Assembly (NCBI RefSeq): GCF_036588685.1
Contig: NC_086376.1
Span: forward strand, 8,184,001 to 8,248,000
Direction of reading: 5' to 3'
DNA length: 64,000 nt
Origin: Mytilus trossulus
Lineage: Eukaryota
A program made the position numbers and the translations under genes. The notes under the pieces are model-generated. The model had not been told where the DNA came from and searched no databases. It worked only from the letters and a program-made list of their open reading frames with translations. Below are positions 13,084-24,685 of the stretch, one piece after another (the first letter of the stretch is position 1; the number at the start of each line of letters is the position of its first letter).

Positions 13084-13676
13084 GAATCCTGGTCCGTTCG
13101 CGCCCATTCACGTTCGCACCCACTCATGTTCGCCCCCTTTCATTTTCGCACCCAACATGTTCGCGCCCAATTTTAATTGGTTTTGTGTTTAATAACTTTG
13201 TAATCAAGTTTTGGCAAGTAGTATTCTTAAAAGTATAATTGATTTCATTGTCTCAAAATAAATCGAGACAGCATTTTTTATGTGTTGAATAAATCTTAAT
13301 CATGTTTTTGCAGGAATACTTCGTTTTTTTTGTGTGCGTTGAATGAATTTTATCATGTTTTGGTTTATATTATAGTGTATTGCTATATTTTATTATTTAA
13401 TTGTTTCGGATCAAAGGGACCAAGCTGTTAAAAACAATTATCTTTTGTGTTTTTCATTTAAAATATTTTATCTTTTACTCATACCAAGCTATAAATACAT
13501 TCAGTATTTACATCAAAGCAATTAAAACAAAAATCATGATTTTCCAATTATTCAACTGGAATTTGAATTAAAATTGGGCGCGAACGTGTAGAGTGCGAAA
13601 AGACCTTGGGTGCGAACGTGCGAGGTGCGAACGTGTAGGGTGCGAAAGTATATTGGGCGCGAACGGACCTGATACC
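13084..13676. mobile_element. MULE/Mutator-like MITE with 9-bp TSD and subterminal GTTCGCRCC repeats
   Basis: TSD CCAAAGAAC at 13075-13083 and 13677-13685; G...C termini; inverted arrays of TTCGCRCC / GGYGCGAA. Confidence 0.85.
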
Positions 13677-15001
13677 CCAAAGAACCACTAGGAAGGATAC
13701 TTCTTGAATACAGTTAACATCATTGTGCAAATGTTCAGCACAGAACTGTTAAAAATTGGTGTAACAATTTAAAGTGCATTAACTGGGATAAAAAAGAAAA
13801 TGTAAGGGGAGGTAAGACATGATTTTGTTTAGACTCTCTGCACATATTGTTTTGGTTTCAACCGTTTTGTTTTCAGGAAATGATAAATTTACAAGTTTCA
13901 GATTGAACATTTTCCTAGACGAAAAGAATCATTTGCCATTTTAAAATGTAAATCCAATTATTCGGACCATCAATATCTTATAAGTTAATCTCGTTTGTAA
14001 ATACTTAAAACATGTCTGTGCAAATTTAAAAGTAAACAACGTATAAAATTAGTGAGAAAACGTTGTAAATCTCCAATGAACACATGATTTTCTACAAATT
14101 GAACAATAAATTTCAACAAATTGAACTTCTATACCTACATATGATTCTAAAATATTTGAAAGTTGATTAAATTTGAAGTATCAAATATCGAGAAAATATC
14201 TATCCGACTCCATTTCGTACGTTACTAAGGTCAATCAACTTTTTAAGAAAACGAACTTATGTTAAAAATTGTTTACCAGAAAGCTATTCGTACCTCGATG
14301 CATGAGTTGTATATTTTATTGATCATGTTGATATAAATTTAAAATATGTTTAGGTTGATTTACTCACCTGACCCACTATAGAACCATACCCATTGCTAAT
14401 TTAAATTCGCTTTCTAAAAAGGATTTGACAGGTGCTTTTTATCTGGTATCCCGATCATGAAAGAATAGGAATGAGCTAGCCAAACAGGGACTGTGTAATT
14501 TCCCGGTAATTTCCCATTCTTTTCCCACCAAATCTTTTTCTGTTTAAGCTATTATAAATCATGTTCTTTGTTATGTGTCTGTTGAAGAGATTAAGTTATT
14601 AAAAAAAAATCATTTTAGGATGTCAATGTAAAGAAAACTTCATTGAATCAAGACGGGCCCAACGTTTTTAACGAGCTAAGTTCAAATTTCTTTAATTTTT
14701 TTTTTGCACAAAATTATTTTTGATTTATTATTGATTTTTGCAGTTTTAAAATTGTTATCTTTTTAATTAGTGTCTGTTTGCGGTGCGCCAACGTATAGTC
14801 ATCAATGTGCTGGTGGATAATAATAATAAAAACTCCGATTGTCGTACGATGTAGATATTATAAAAGGGACCGCATTTTAATACAATCATGCAAATATTTT
14901 ATTAGCACAAACCCTTCAACAATAAATGGTTATGGCTCATGGTATATCAATTAAATAGTTGGTCAAACATAATAAGTATCGCAAATAATGACTATATTAA
15001 T

Positions 15002-15370
15002 TTAATAAGTAATATTTGGAATGAACATGATGAAAGAGAAAGTCAATTTTAGGATTGTAGATGAATTATTATTTAATAAAAAGATTATATTATTTTCATG
15101 TTTTTGAAATTTTGTAGGATCAACGATTATATTTGAAACTTTTTGGTAAAATATGGCCCTTTTAATTGAGTATTTTTCACAATGTAAAAGAAAATGTTTT
15201 TCATTTTCAATTTGACCAGAATTACATACAGAGCAGTATCTCTCATTTCTGGGAATAGTTAGATGTCTCCCTTTTTCAATCATCAGTATATGAGCGCTCA
15301 TACGGATCTTACATATTGCAGCTCTGTCACTTCTGTTTTTCAATATATCAACATAGGGTGGTCTTTTGCC
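15002..15370 (-). mobile_element. 3' fragment of a non-LTR retrotransposon ORF2 (C-terminal CCHC knuckle)
   Basis: KIRMSAHILMIEKGRH..PRNERYCSVC...IENEKHFLLHC..Y is a typical LINE ORF2 C-terminus. Confidence 0.8.
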
Positions 15371-16495
15371 CATTACATGCATTATGTAGACACTTGAAAA
15401 GTCTAACTTTTGTGATTCAAATATATTTGCATTTTGAACTTGCAAACATTGGTAATTAATTATTTGTTTAATAGAATTGAAATTACCTTTAACATAATTA
15501 AAGTTATCGATGATATAAGACAAAGTTTATAAATTGTGACTTGGATAGAGAGTCGCTCATTGGCACTCATACCCCATCTTCTCATATCTATCAGATTTCT
15601 TTATTTTTCTAAAACGTCATATTTCTCGGTTTAAAATTTATTCAAATTGATTTTAGCAATGATATAGGACTAATATTAGTCACTGCTCGGAATAGCCTAG
15701 TCTTGCTAATATATATACTGTCATACAAGTGAGAGTTTTCGCGAGGTATTAAACCAGGTTTGAAACTAGATTTAAAACCAGGTTTACTCCACCTCTTCTA
15801 TTTTAGGCAGTAAACTGGAGAATGGAAATAAGGAATGTATCAAGAGACAAATATCAGACCGAAGACTACAAAAAACAACCGAAGGCCACCAATCATGGGG
15901 TCTTCAACAGTTACACAGCGAGAAAATCCAGCACCCGGAGACGGTCTTCAGCTGGCCCCTTAACAAAAATGTAAACGGCTAGTTCAGAGAAAATGCCTGT
16001 ACCAAGTCAGGAATATATATGACAGTTGTTTTTCATTCGTTTTCAAGAAATGTCGAGCTTTTGATATTACAATTTGTTAACGGACGATCCGTTTTGAAAT
16101 TTCCTTAGAGTTCGGTACTTTTGTTATTCCAGTATGCGGTCATTTATTGAACAATCACTATAACGTTATTATAGCATATATACTTATAAGAATATCCATG
16201 ACTATAATATTTTATGACACATTTGTAAATTGAATGATGAATGCATTAACCGTTCGTTACCTTTATCGTGACAGCCATTTTGTATCGATGGAGGAAGACA
16301 ATGTCCGTTAATTAGAACCAGCGAACTTCGACAGAAAAAACTGACAATTGTAGTCAATAAATTAGATTGGAGTCAAATGCACATTGCCTTATGAGGGATT
16401 TGAACTCTCAACCTCTTTGTTGACAGGCTATTTGTTTGCCATATCAATAGCCTGTCAGCAAAAAAACAACAACAACAACAACAAAAAACAAAACC

Positions 16496-17045
16496 CAAAA
16501 AACCAATACCGTATTGCATGCTATAAAAAGCCAACAGGTACTTGTCTCTGAAAAGTAAATTATCTTTATATACTTTAAAATAAAATTCAGGGACAATTGC
16601 CTGTGAAAAAGCCCTTGGATGACGAAATGTGAAACCTTTTATAAAAAGAAAAACATGGCCTGATTTATACTATGATTATAAAAGCAAACCGAACAGGTCA
16701 ATTAACCACAACCACTTCAAACAGGTTAACTTTATGGCAGATGAGATGCTTATAGTTAGCTATAAAACCAGGTTTAATCCACCATTTTCTAAAAAAAAAG
16801 TAACTCAAAAAACCAATACAGAATAGTATGCTATAAAGAGCCAAATGGCACTTTTTCTGAATATTTAGTTACCTTAGTCCTATGTACTTTCTATTTTTTT
16901 TTAGAGACAAATGCCTATGAAAAAGCCTTTGGTGACGAAATGTGAAACCTTTCATAAACAAAAAGTATAGCCTGATTTATTTTATTATTATTAACGCAAA
17001 ACGATCAGTTTGATAATAACCACTACCACTCAAACAGATTTATGG
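16496..17045. repeat. Diverged local tandem duplication, period ~310 bp
   Basis: CAAAAAACCAATAC, ATGCTATAAA, GACGAAATGTGAAACCTTT and GCCTGATTTAT each occur twice. Confidence 0.75.
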
Positions 17046-19015
17046 CTTAGAACAGGCAAATAGATAATTGACGGGATATTAAACATGACTATGGGATTTT
17101 AGTCCACCCCTTACTTGTGACAGTAGTGTTGTCGCTTTGACACATTCCCCATTTCAATTCTCAATTTTATTGTATACAAAAATGTAAAACAAAAAAAAAC
17201 AAGCCAAACGGACTTGACTGATCAGATAGGCACGCCGTTATGTATATTTAACACTAGTTAGCTGATTTTTTTTGTAATATATATGAGAATTTCGGTGTTT
17301 ATCAAAGTGGTGATATTTCTATTTAATTGCATAATAAAAGTAAGTACTTCTACAGTAATCTGTTTTATGTTCAGTCCGATTGTTGACTGCTGTATCCCAA
17401 CTTTTGACATTTTTACCAATTGTGTCTGTTTGTTTTGTTCGCACATAGTTGTTAATATGGTAGAATTTTACGCGACTGTTATACAAGTGAGAGGTTTAGC
17501 TAGCTATAAAAACAGGTTTTATCCACCATTTTGTGGTTCAGAGAATTTGCTTTTTGCATATTATTAGAGACTTTTTTTCCGTATTGAATTTCCTCGGAGT
17601 TCAGTATTGTGATTCTACTTTTTCGTGACATGTATGAAGGCTTTAAACGTATTTATAAAATTTATGTTCCTATAAAACAATCACTATCTGCACAAAATAT
17701 TCAGTAGTTGAATATAAGCAAAAAGGATGAAATATGAATTCAAATAACGAATAACTTTACAGACAGCTAATTTAGTTTGAAATCTAGGATAAAAAAATAC
17801 ATGAATGTATATGAAAAACGCACTTTCCGAACTAATCAACCTAAAAGATTGCACAATTTATTAAATTTATGCCGGTTTTGACGTCATAATAGTCACGATA
17901 GTTTACTTTTTTATAATGTCTAGCATATTACTAATTTTACAATAATGCACCGCTTAATTTGTCTGAAATTATAATAAAACTGTAATTTTATATGCTTGTT
18001 TACTTAATTGAATTTCAAAGCCAGAACCTTCGGAGTAACCACTAAGACATATTCAATGATAAATGTCAAAGGATTTCATAAATGGCGCCTTAAATTACAA
18101 AGAGCTTATCGAAGGAAACAGGGAAAGCCGTGACATTGTATTCAAACGATATCTAAGGTTATATCAATTGATCAAATTCTCCAGAAAGTATTTAAAGATC
18201 CTAGCATAAACCAAATACTAGACTTGACTTTCCTTAATTTTCATTAAATTGTTCATTACTTGTGCATGGCATGATCAGTCACTGTGTCATGCCAAAAGAG
18301 AGTACACACAGTGCAGCTCAAAGGTTTCATAACGAGTAAGAATTATATATTGCTTGATATCAATATTGCCGCTTAAACACAGTCCCTTTTATTGGTCTCT
18401 ATCCCCCTCCCATCCCCACCTAAAAAACCCAAACATACTTACTTGCATCTAACCTTATATTTTTCTTTTTTTTTTAAATTGTTGTTAGGAATATATTTGA
18501 ATTTCATGTAATGCATAGAACTTTTTACACGAGATAATTATATATAACGGTATAAACTTCAAATGCTGCTATTTCTAGACATGTACGTACACTAATAATC
18601 ATTTGAGTGAATGTGTCGTATATGGTAAGATTTAAATAGCAAGATGAAGATAACACATGTTTAAATGAAATGCAGACAAATATCCGCTGATCTCTTTAAA
18701 GCGGTCTCTGATTCAATAATAAAGAAACGCGTTTCTGATGTGCAGAATTATAAGCCTGCTTTCTTTGAAGAGTTTATTTATACTACAAATAAAACTGTTG
18801 GTAGACCATAATCTATTTTTGTGTTTACATATATAGACTATAGACACTCAAAAAGACCAGCTACAAGGCAAAGCTTTTTCATATCTAATGTAAACGGATA
18901 TAAGCCAGAATTATTGTCAAATTGGTCTAATCCGTACAGGGTGTTGTTTTTTTCATAACCATTGATTAAAGCGAAATTACTTGATTATAAAAAAATAATT
19001 GTTTACCAAACTTAA

Positions 19016-19262
19016 GGTGGTACCTAACACCTTAACTAAAATTAATTTGGCTCGTTTAATTTTTTTTAAATTTTTGACAAAGTATTTACTTTGACTCTTG
19101 GACAAAAATATAAAAAAATAAAAAAACCTTGAACCAACCGTTTAATCAGAAAAATTACATATTTTGATCATCGAGAAGCTTAATATTCCATTAACAACAC
19201 AGCGACATTTAAACGTTCTGCTGATTTTACAGAGTTATCTCCCTGTAATGTTAGGTACCACC
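19016..19262. mobile_element. Kolobok-like MITE (TTAA TSD)
   Basis: TTAA|GGTGGTACCTAACA ... TGTTAGGTACCACC|TTAA. Confidence 0.85.
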
Positions 19263-19508
19263 TTAAAAAAACAGGATCCAAACTTTAATACAACACATTG
19301 CCTTTTCATTTATAATACGAAAGGGCACAACCGTAACATATTGCCCAGATGGTCTTTTTACTTGTTGTTTCTGTTTATCAAAGCAATTGATCTGACGTTT
19401 AACATTACTTTATTTCAAAATCGGAGATCAAAATCTTAAAACATGTTTTGATTAGAATTTAAAAGCCTTGGCAGTAAAGTCTTCGAAATATTGTGCATAT
19501 TTTTATAA

Positions 19509-19666
19509 AATTATAATCCTCATACCTTTGATAACTATTTACACTACTCCACTGGGTCGATGCCACTGCCGGAGGACGTTTCGTCCCCGAGGGTATCACC
19601 AGCCCAGTAGTCAGCACTTCGGTGTTGACATAAATATCAATTGTATGACAATTTTTATAGGCTTTC
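19509..19666 (+). mobile_element. Retrozyme copy, 5' part (interrupted by the RT element)
   Basis: Matches 34921-35075 (CCACTGGGTCGATGCC...GTCAGCACTTCGGTGTTGAC) and resumes at 22100. Confidence 0.9.
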
Positions 19667-20190
19667 TTTTTCGCTTTGGGGATTCCGTATATCGTCAGAT
19701 TATCGGAATTCCAATGGGGACTAACTGTGCACCACTTATTGCGGACCTCTTTTTGTATTGTTACGAGTTACAATTTATGACAAAAATAAGCAAAGACCCA
19801 TCAAAACAACATCTGATAAACAAATCTAATAATACTTTTAGATATTTGGATGATATTTTGGCTCTCAATAATGACGACTTCAGTATGTATATTAATGAAA
19901 TTTATCCTGGTGAACTTACTTTAAATAAAGCTAATACTAACAATGACCACTGCCCTTTCCTCGATCTTGATATCTATATCACTAACGGAAAGCTGAATAC
20001 TAAAATTTATGATAAAAGGGATGATTTTTCATTTCCTATCGTTAATTATCCGTTTTTAGATGGTGACGTTCCCTTGTCACCATCTTACGGTGTTTATATA
20101 TCTCAACTTGTACGATTCGCTCGTGTATGTAACAATGTTTTAGATTTTAACGAGAGAAATTTATGTATTACTGAAAAATTATTACACCAG

Positions 20191-21083
20191 GGGCCGTGTC
20201 AATGAAAGTATCCTAGGATATGTCCTAAGATAGGTCTTAGGACATTATTTAGGATGGTCTTAGGACGTGTCTGAGACATGTCTTAGGATGTAAAACAAAG
20301 CTGTCTTAGGACAGTCCTAACTACGATGGTCCTAGGACCATCCTAACACATTTATTTAATTGAAAAGATATGTAGAGATTTGTAATACATAGATTAAATT
20401 GTATTTTAGAACCTATATGTAAAGAGAGGGAGGATGACTCTTATATAGAAAACAATTAACGCAAAATAAAAGTTAGTTTTTACGGAATACTAATAAATAC
20501 GTTTTCTAAATATGATAAAAGATATAAATGAATTTAATACGAAAACAAAGGTAAATGGTCACAAAAATTTGTGATATTCGTGCTGCAATTTTAGTACATA
20601 AACTAGTTTTGTCCTTAGGTCCACTCGATTTCATTACATGTATCGAATCATAATTAGGTATTAAAAAAAGAAGTAAACTTTTCCCCATATTTACATTATT
20701 TAAAATATCAGTGTTGCTTATGCTGATAGTAATGTTTAGGCTTCAAAAAAGGCACCACGAAATAATTTATTATAATACAATTTAATCTTTAACAAACATT
20801 CAACAACATTTTTTGTTATTAATTTTATCTAATGATAGTTTAATATTGTATTAGTATTTTTAGTATTGAGTTTATGCCATATTTGTTGTTTTTATTACGT
20901 TTTAGGACGATGTAACCCTTAGGACTATCCTAAGACACCTAATTGTATATCCTAACTTTAGGACCAAACTTAGGACGCATCTTATTTTAGGAGACTTTCA
21001 TTAACCCGACTTAGGACTAAGACGTGTCCTAAGACCATCCTAAGACATGTCTTAGTCCTAGGACAGCTTCGTTGACACTGGCC
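20191..21083. mobile_element. PIF/Harbinger-like MITE inserted in the RT ORF
   Basis: CAG|GGGCCGTGTCAA ... TTGACACTGGCC|CTG; dense subterminal TAGGAC/GTCCTA repeats; removal restores LLHQGFRY. Confidence 0.85.
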
Positions 21084-21486
21084 CTGGGTTTTCGATATCA
21101 CAAACTAGTCAAAACATTTACTAAATTTTATCATCGGTATAAAGACATCATTCGTAAATATAGCTCAACATGCAGACTTTTTATACGTTCAGGTATTTCA
21201 CATCCAATTTTTTATGGAAATATTCTTTATAAAGCACAAAGGTGTCAGTATTCACCTCATAAACTTACAAAACCATTGAATAGACTTATTAAGAAGGGAT
21301 ATAATTACGATACTGTTGTCAAATCATTAAAGATTGCATATTTTGCCAGAATTATACCAGAATTATAATCCTGGTACTTTTGATAACTATTGGCGTTAAT
21401 ATTGAGTCACTGATAAGGTCTTTGCGTCGGAACTAAACACATTTATTCTAAAAACAGTTGTTGGCATGACACGGGTTATGTTCTTC

Positions 21487-21553
21487 TCATATATGTTATG
21501 ATGGTATGATACTAAACCCCTTACGGGAAGGATTGTGCATGATGTTCATATGA
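21487..21553 (+). promoter_or_regulatory. Candidate type II SECIS element in the retroelement 3' UTR
   Basis: Helix 1 TCATAT/ATATGA; core ATGAT (21498)...TGAT (21540); 11-nt helix 2 GGTATGATACT/AGGATTGTGCA; AAA at 21514-21516; apical mini-stem CCC/GGG. Confidence 0.75.
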
Positions 21554-21748
21554 TGAAATCATAATCTTTCAGTCAGTTTAATTGAAGTCTGGAGCTGGCA
21601 TGTCAGTTAACTGCTAGTAGTCTGTTGTTATTTATGTATTATTGTCATTTTGTTTATTTTCTTTGGTTACATCTTCTGACATCAGACTCGGACTTCTCTT
21701 GAACTGAATTTTAATGTGCGTATTGTTATGCTTTTACTTTTCTACACT

Positions 21749-21839
21749 GGTTAGAGGTATAGGGGGAGGGTTGAGATCTCACAAACATGTTTAACCCCGC
21801 CGCATTTTTGCGCCTGTCCCAAGTCAGGAGCCTCTGGCC
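21749..21839 (+). ncRNA. Candidate conserved four-helix RNA motif (function unknown)
   Basis: P1 GGTTAGAGG/CCTCTGGCC, P2 GGGTTGAG/TTTAACCC, P3 CGCA/TGCG, P4 CCTG-TCCCAAGT-CAGG; covarying copies at 28398-28495(-) and 57907-58004(-). Confidence 0.55.
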
Positions 21840-22099
21840 TTTGTTAGTCTTGTATTATTTAAATTTTAGTTTCTTGTGTACAATTTGGAAATTAGTATGG
21901 CGTTCATTATCACTGAACTAGTATATATTTGTTTAGGAGCCAGCTGAAGGACGCCTCCGGGTGCGGGAATTTCTCGCTACATTAAAGACCTGTTGGTGAC
22001 CTTCTGCTGTTGTGTTTTTTTTTTTGTTTTTTTTTATTTTGGTCGGGTTGTTGTCTCTTTGACACATTCCCCATTCCCCATTTCCATTCTCAATTTTAT

Positions 22100-22335
22100 T
22101 TCTGTTACAAAACTTTGAATTTTTCGAAAGACTAAGGATATTCTTATCCCAGGAATAGATTGCCTAAGCCATTTTTGGCACAACCTTTTTGGAGTTTTGG
22201 GTCCTCAGTGCTCTTCGTCTTTGTACTTGCTTGGCTTTGTAGCTGTTTTGGTCTGAGCGTCACTGTTGGGTCTTATATAGACGAAACGCGCGTCTGGCGT
22301 GTTATATTATAATCCTGGTACCTCCGATAACTATT
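22100..22335 (+). mobile_element. Retrozyme copy, 3' part, with inactivated hammerhead (CTGTTGG core) and many A>G changes
   Basis: Aligns to 35075-35307; hammerhead remnant at 22257-22300. Confidence 0.9.
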
Positions 22336-23149
22336 GTCATCATTTTCCGCAAAATAAAATTGACCGCTTTTTCAATAATACCTAGGGCCTTCTGATAATG
22401 ATACTATCGATATACTTGTTAGCCTTACAAAACAAATTCCTTGCCGAGTTTGTTTTAGCTTATACTAGAAATTAACCTGGTATTTTTTTTTAAATGTTTC
22501 AGTCAGGAATATGACAGTGTTTTTGTAGCAGTTCATGCAGTGTTTCTAATTTAGCGTTTTGTTTCCTCTTTTAGTTGATGTGTTTTTCTCAATTTTGTAA
22601 TATTGTGACCCGTATTTGTTTCAGTTTAATCGATTCATGACTATTGAACAGCGGTATACTACTGCGGCCTTCATGCATTCGAGTATCAACTATTAAAGAT
22701 GATTGTTTTTTTTATACGAAGTCATTACGAAGTGAGTAGTTGATGATGTTACGACATTCGTTCAACTTAAATTATTGTCAGTGGACGATAGTTAGGTATT
22801 TGTTTTAAGAGATGATTTCAACTCTCGATGTTTGACCATGTCCAGGTTTCCTGTTATAACGTAGCAGCTGGGGTTATGATACATGTATTTTGAATAACTG
22901 CAAGTTCATCACCTCGCTATAATCAAAAAAATATTTCCGGGTAGATTGATTGAATACATTTCAAATAAGGAGGGAGCTCAGAATCATGAAAATCAAATTT
23001 GTTATTTTACAGCATGATCTTTAAGAATACCAGCAATATTTGACATATTTGATCAAATATCAAAACAAGTATGGTTAATCTCTGGAAACAGTTTAGAATA
23101 ACAGTATGTAATACCAATAAACTACTAAGTACTTAATATGTAAATAAAA

Positions 23150-23532
23150 AAAAAAGCACATTACAAATTTCGTGCGTACGAATTCCTTTTTTGGACTCAT
23201 TACTTTCATCTAGAAACCTCAATTCCGAATATATGAAAGCCAAGGATGTGCAAGAACCGCAACAGTTGAAGACCTATATAATAATTAAATGACTTTAAAG
23301 CAGCTAAATCAATTTTAAGTCAACATTGCCTGAGGGAGTTGAAATCGTTTCTTTTGTAATAGACAATTGTAGAAAAGTTTGTCATAAATAAAGCCAGTAC
23401 CGGAGTACTTACTACTGAACTGATGATGAGTTGAAAGCAGAGGAATCGATCCAGTTCTGTTACAATTAAAATGGTGACAACACGTTATAAATTTCTTGCG
23501 TCCTTACTGGATTTACCTTCATTAGAAACGCT
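23150..23532 (-). mobile_element. Highly degenerate retrozyme-like copy
   Basis: GCCAGTACCGGAGTACT and AGCAGAGGAATCGATCCAGT match the reverse complement of the retrozyme body; hammerhead cores decayed. Confidence 0.45.
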
Positions 23533-23744
23533 GTAGACTTATTATGGATTATTGATATTTGGAAACTGCTAGAAATGCAAAACATAAATTAAAACAATAT
23601 ACATCAGACAAAATGTCTTACTTTTAATAAAGATTACATCTTAATAAACTCAACAAACACATCAATTTTTTTCTCTTCCTAACTTTTGACTATTGTATCC
23701 TAAAAGCAAATATTTTATTCAAAAAGTACATTTTAAGTTTGATT

Positions 23745-24003
23745 GTTACTAGTATCAAAGGTACCAGGATTATATAATTAATTACGCCGACGAGCATTTC
23801 GTCTACATAAGACTCATCAGTGACGCTCATATCAAAATATTTATAAAGCCGAACAAGTACAAAGTTGAAGAGCATTGATGACCCAAAATTCCCATAAGTT
23901 GTGTCGAATACGGCTACGGTTATCTATGCCTGGGGTAAAAAAAATTCCTTAGTATTTCGAATAATTAATACTTTTGCAATCATTTGATATTCATGTCAAC
24001 ACT
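23745..24003 (-). mobile_element. 5'-truncated retrozyme copy
   Basis: Reverse complement of the retrozyme 3' part, ending at the shared GGTACCTTTGATA terminus. Confidence 0.85.
23784..23826 (-). ncRNA. Minimal type I hammerhead ribozyme (core intact, stem III/I mutated)
   Basis: GCGTCA CTGATGA GTCT-TATGT-AGAC GAAA TGCTCG TC GGCGT. Confidence 0.7.
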
Positions 24004-24685
24004 ATTTCATGGTTTTAGCGTCTTTATTGTAAGGATTCATACAAAATGTTTGACATGATATCATATATATATGGGAATGTATTAACTATAATGCATTTTA
24101 ACAAATAAGGAATGATAAACTTAACTACGGATTTTAGAACAAATGAACAAAATGTAGATGGAACAAACATTCATTGACATTCATAATATATTGGATGTGA
24201 GTTAAATAAAATTCCTCATTTAACTTCATATAAAATCAAGAGTTTACGTATACGAGTTGTTATTGACGTCATTATAATATATGTTTTAGCAATAAGATTT
24301 TCGTTAATGAATGCCCTTGATTATAACTGACAATTAATTAATGTATTTATCTGATTGTCATATAATTCGACATACGCATGGTGATGTTAATTATAATGCA
24401 TTTATTGACCTGTTATATACTGGAATCCGCAAGCATGTAAAACGTATTCGTCACTCGTTACTTACTTAAGATTAATTGTGATTTAAATCATCTTGATTGG
24501 TTGGACTAAGACAGTTGCTCATATAGACATCATGCAAATTCATCAACGTTTATATATTATTACGTCAATGGGATATCATAGTTGATAATTCAACTACTAG
24601 TATATATTTAAGAACAAGATATAATATTCATCTCAAATGACTTTCTGTTGATACTTTTCCTTTTTTATCCTTCCTTTAATCATTT

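Larger units (their letters stand above)
19667..22099 (+). mobile_element. 5'-truncated Penelope-like retroelement (Naiad-type, family 1): RT C-terminal half plus ~660-nt 3' UTR
   Basis: RT motifs YRQIIGIPMGTNCAPLIADLFLY, FRYLDD, FLDL, YDKRDDFSF, YGVYISQLVRFARVC. After removing insertions 20191-21083 (plus one target-site copy) and 21345-21391 the frame runs to TAA 21434-21436 with no C-terminal GIY-YIG, as expected for N-terminal-endonuclease PLEs. Confidence 0.85.

Noticed and set aside
19468-20205. 245-aa ORF as an intact gene
   Set aside because: It is chimeric: the first ~66 codons are flank and retrozyme sequence, the last few are MITE, and only the middle is RT
21940-21990. CTGAAGGA...GGAA in the RT-element 3' UTR as a hammerhead
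   Set aside because: The core deviates from CUGANGA/GAAA and no stem I/III with an NUH triplet could be drawn
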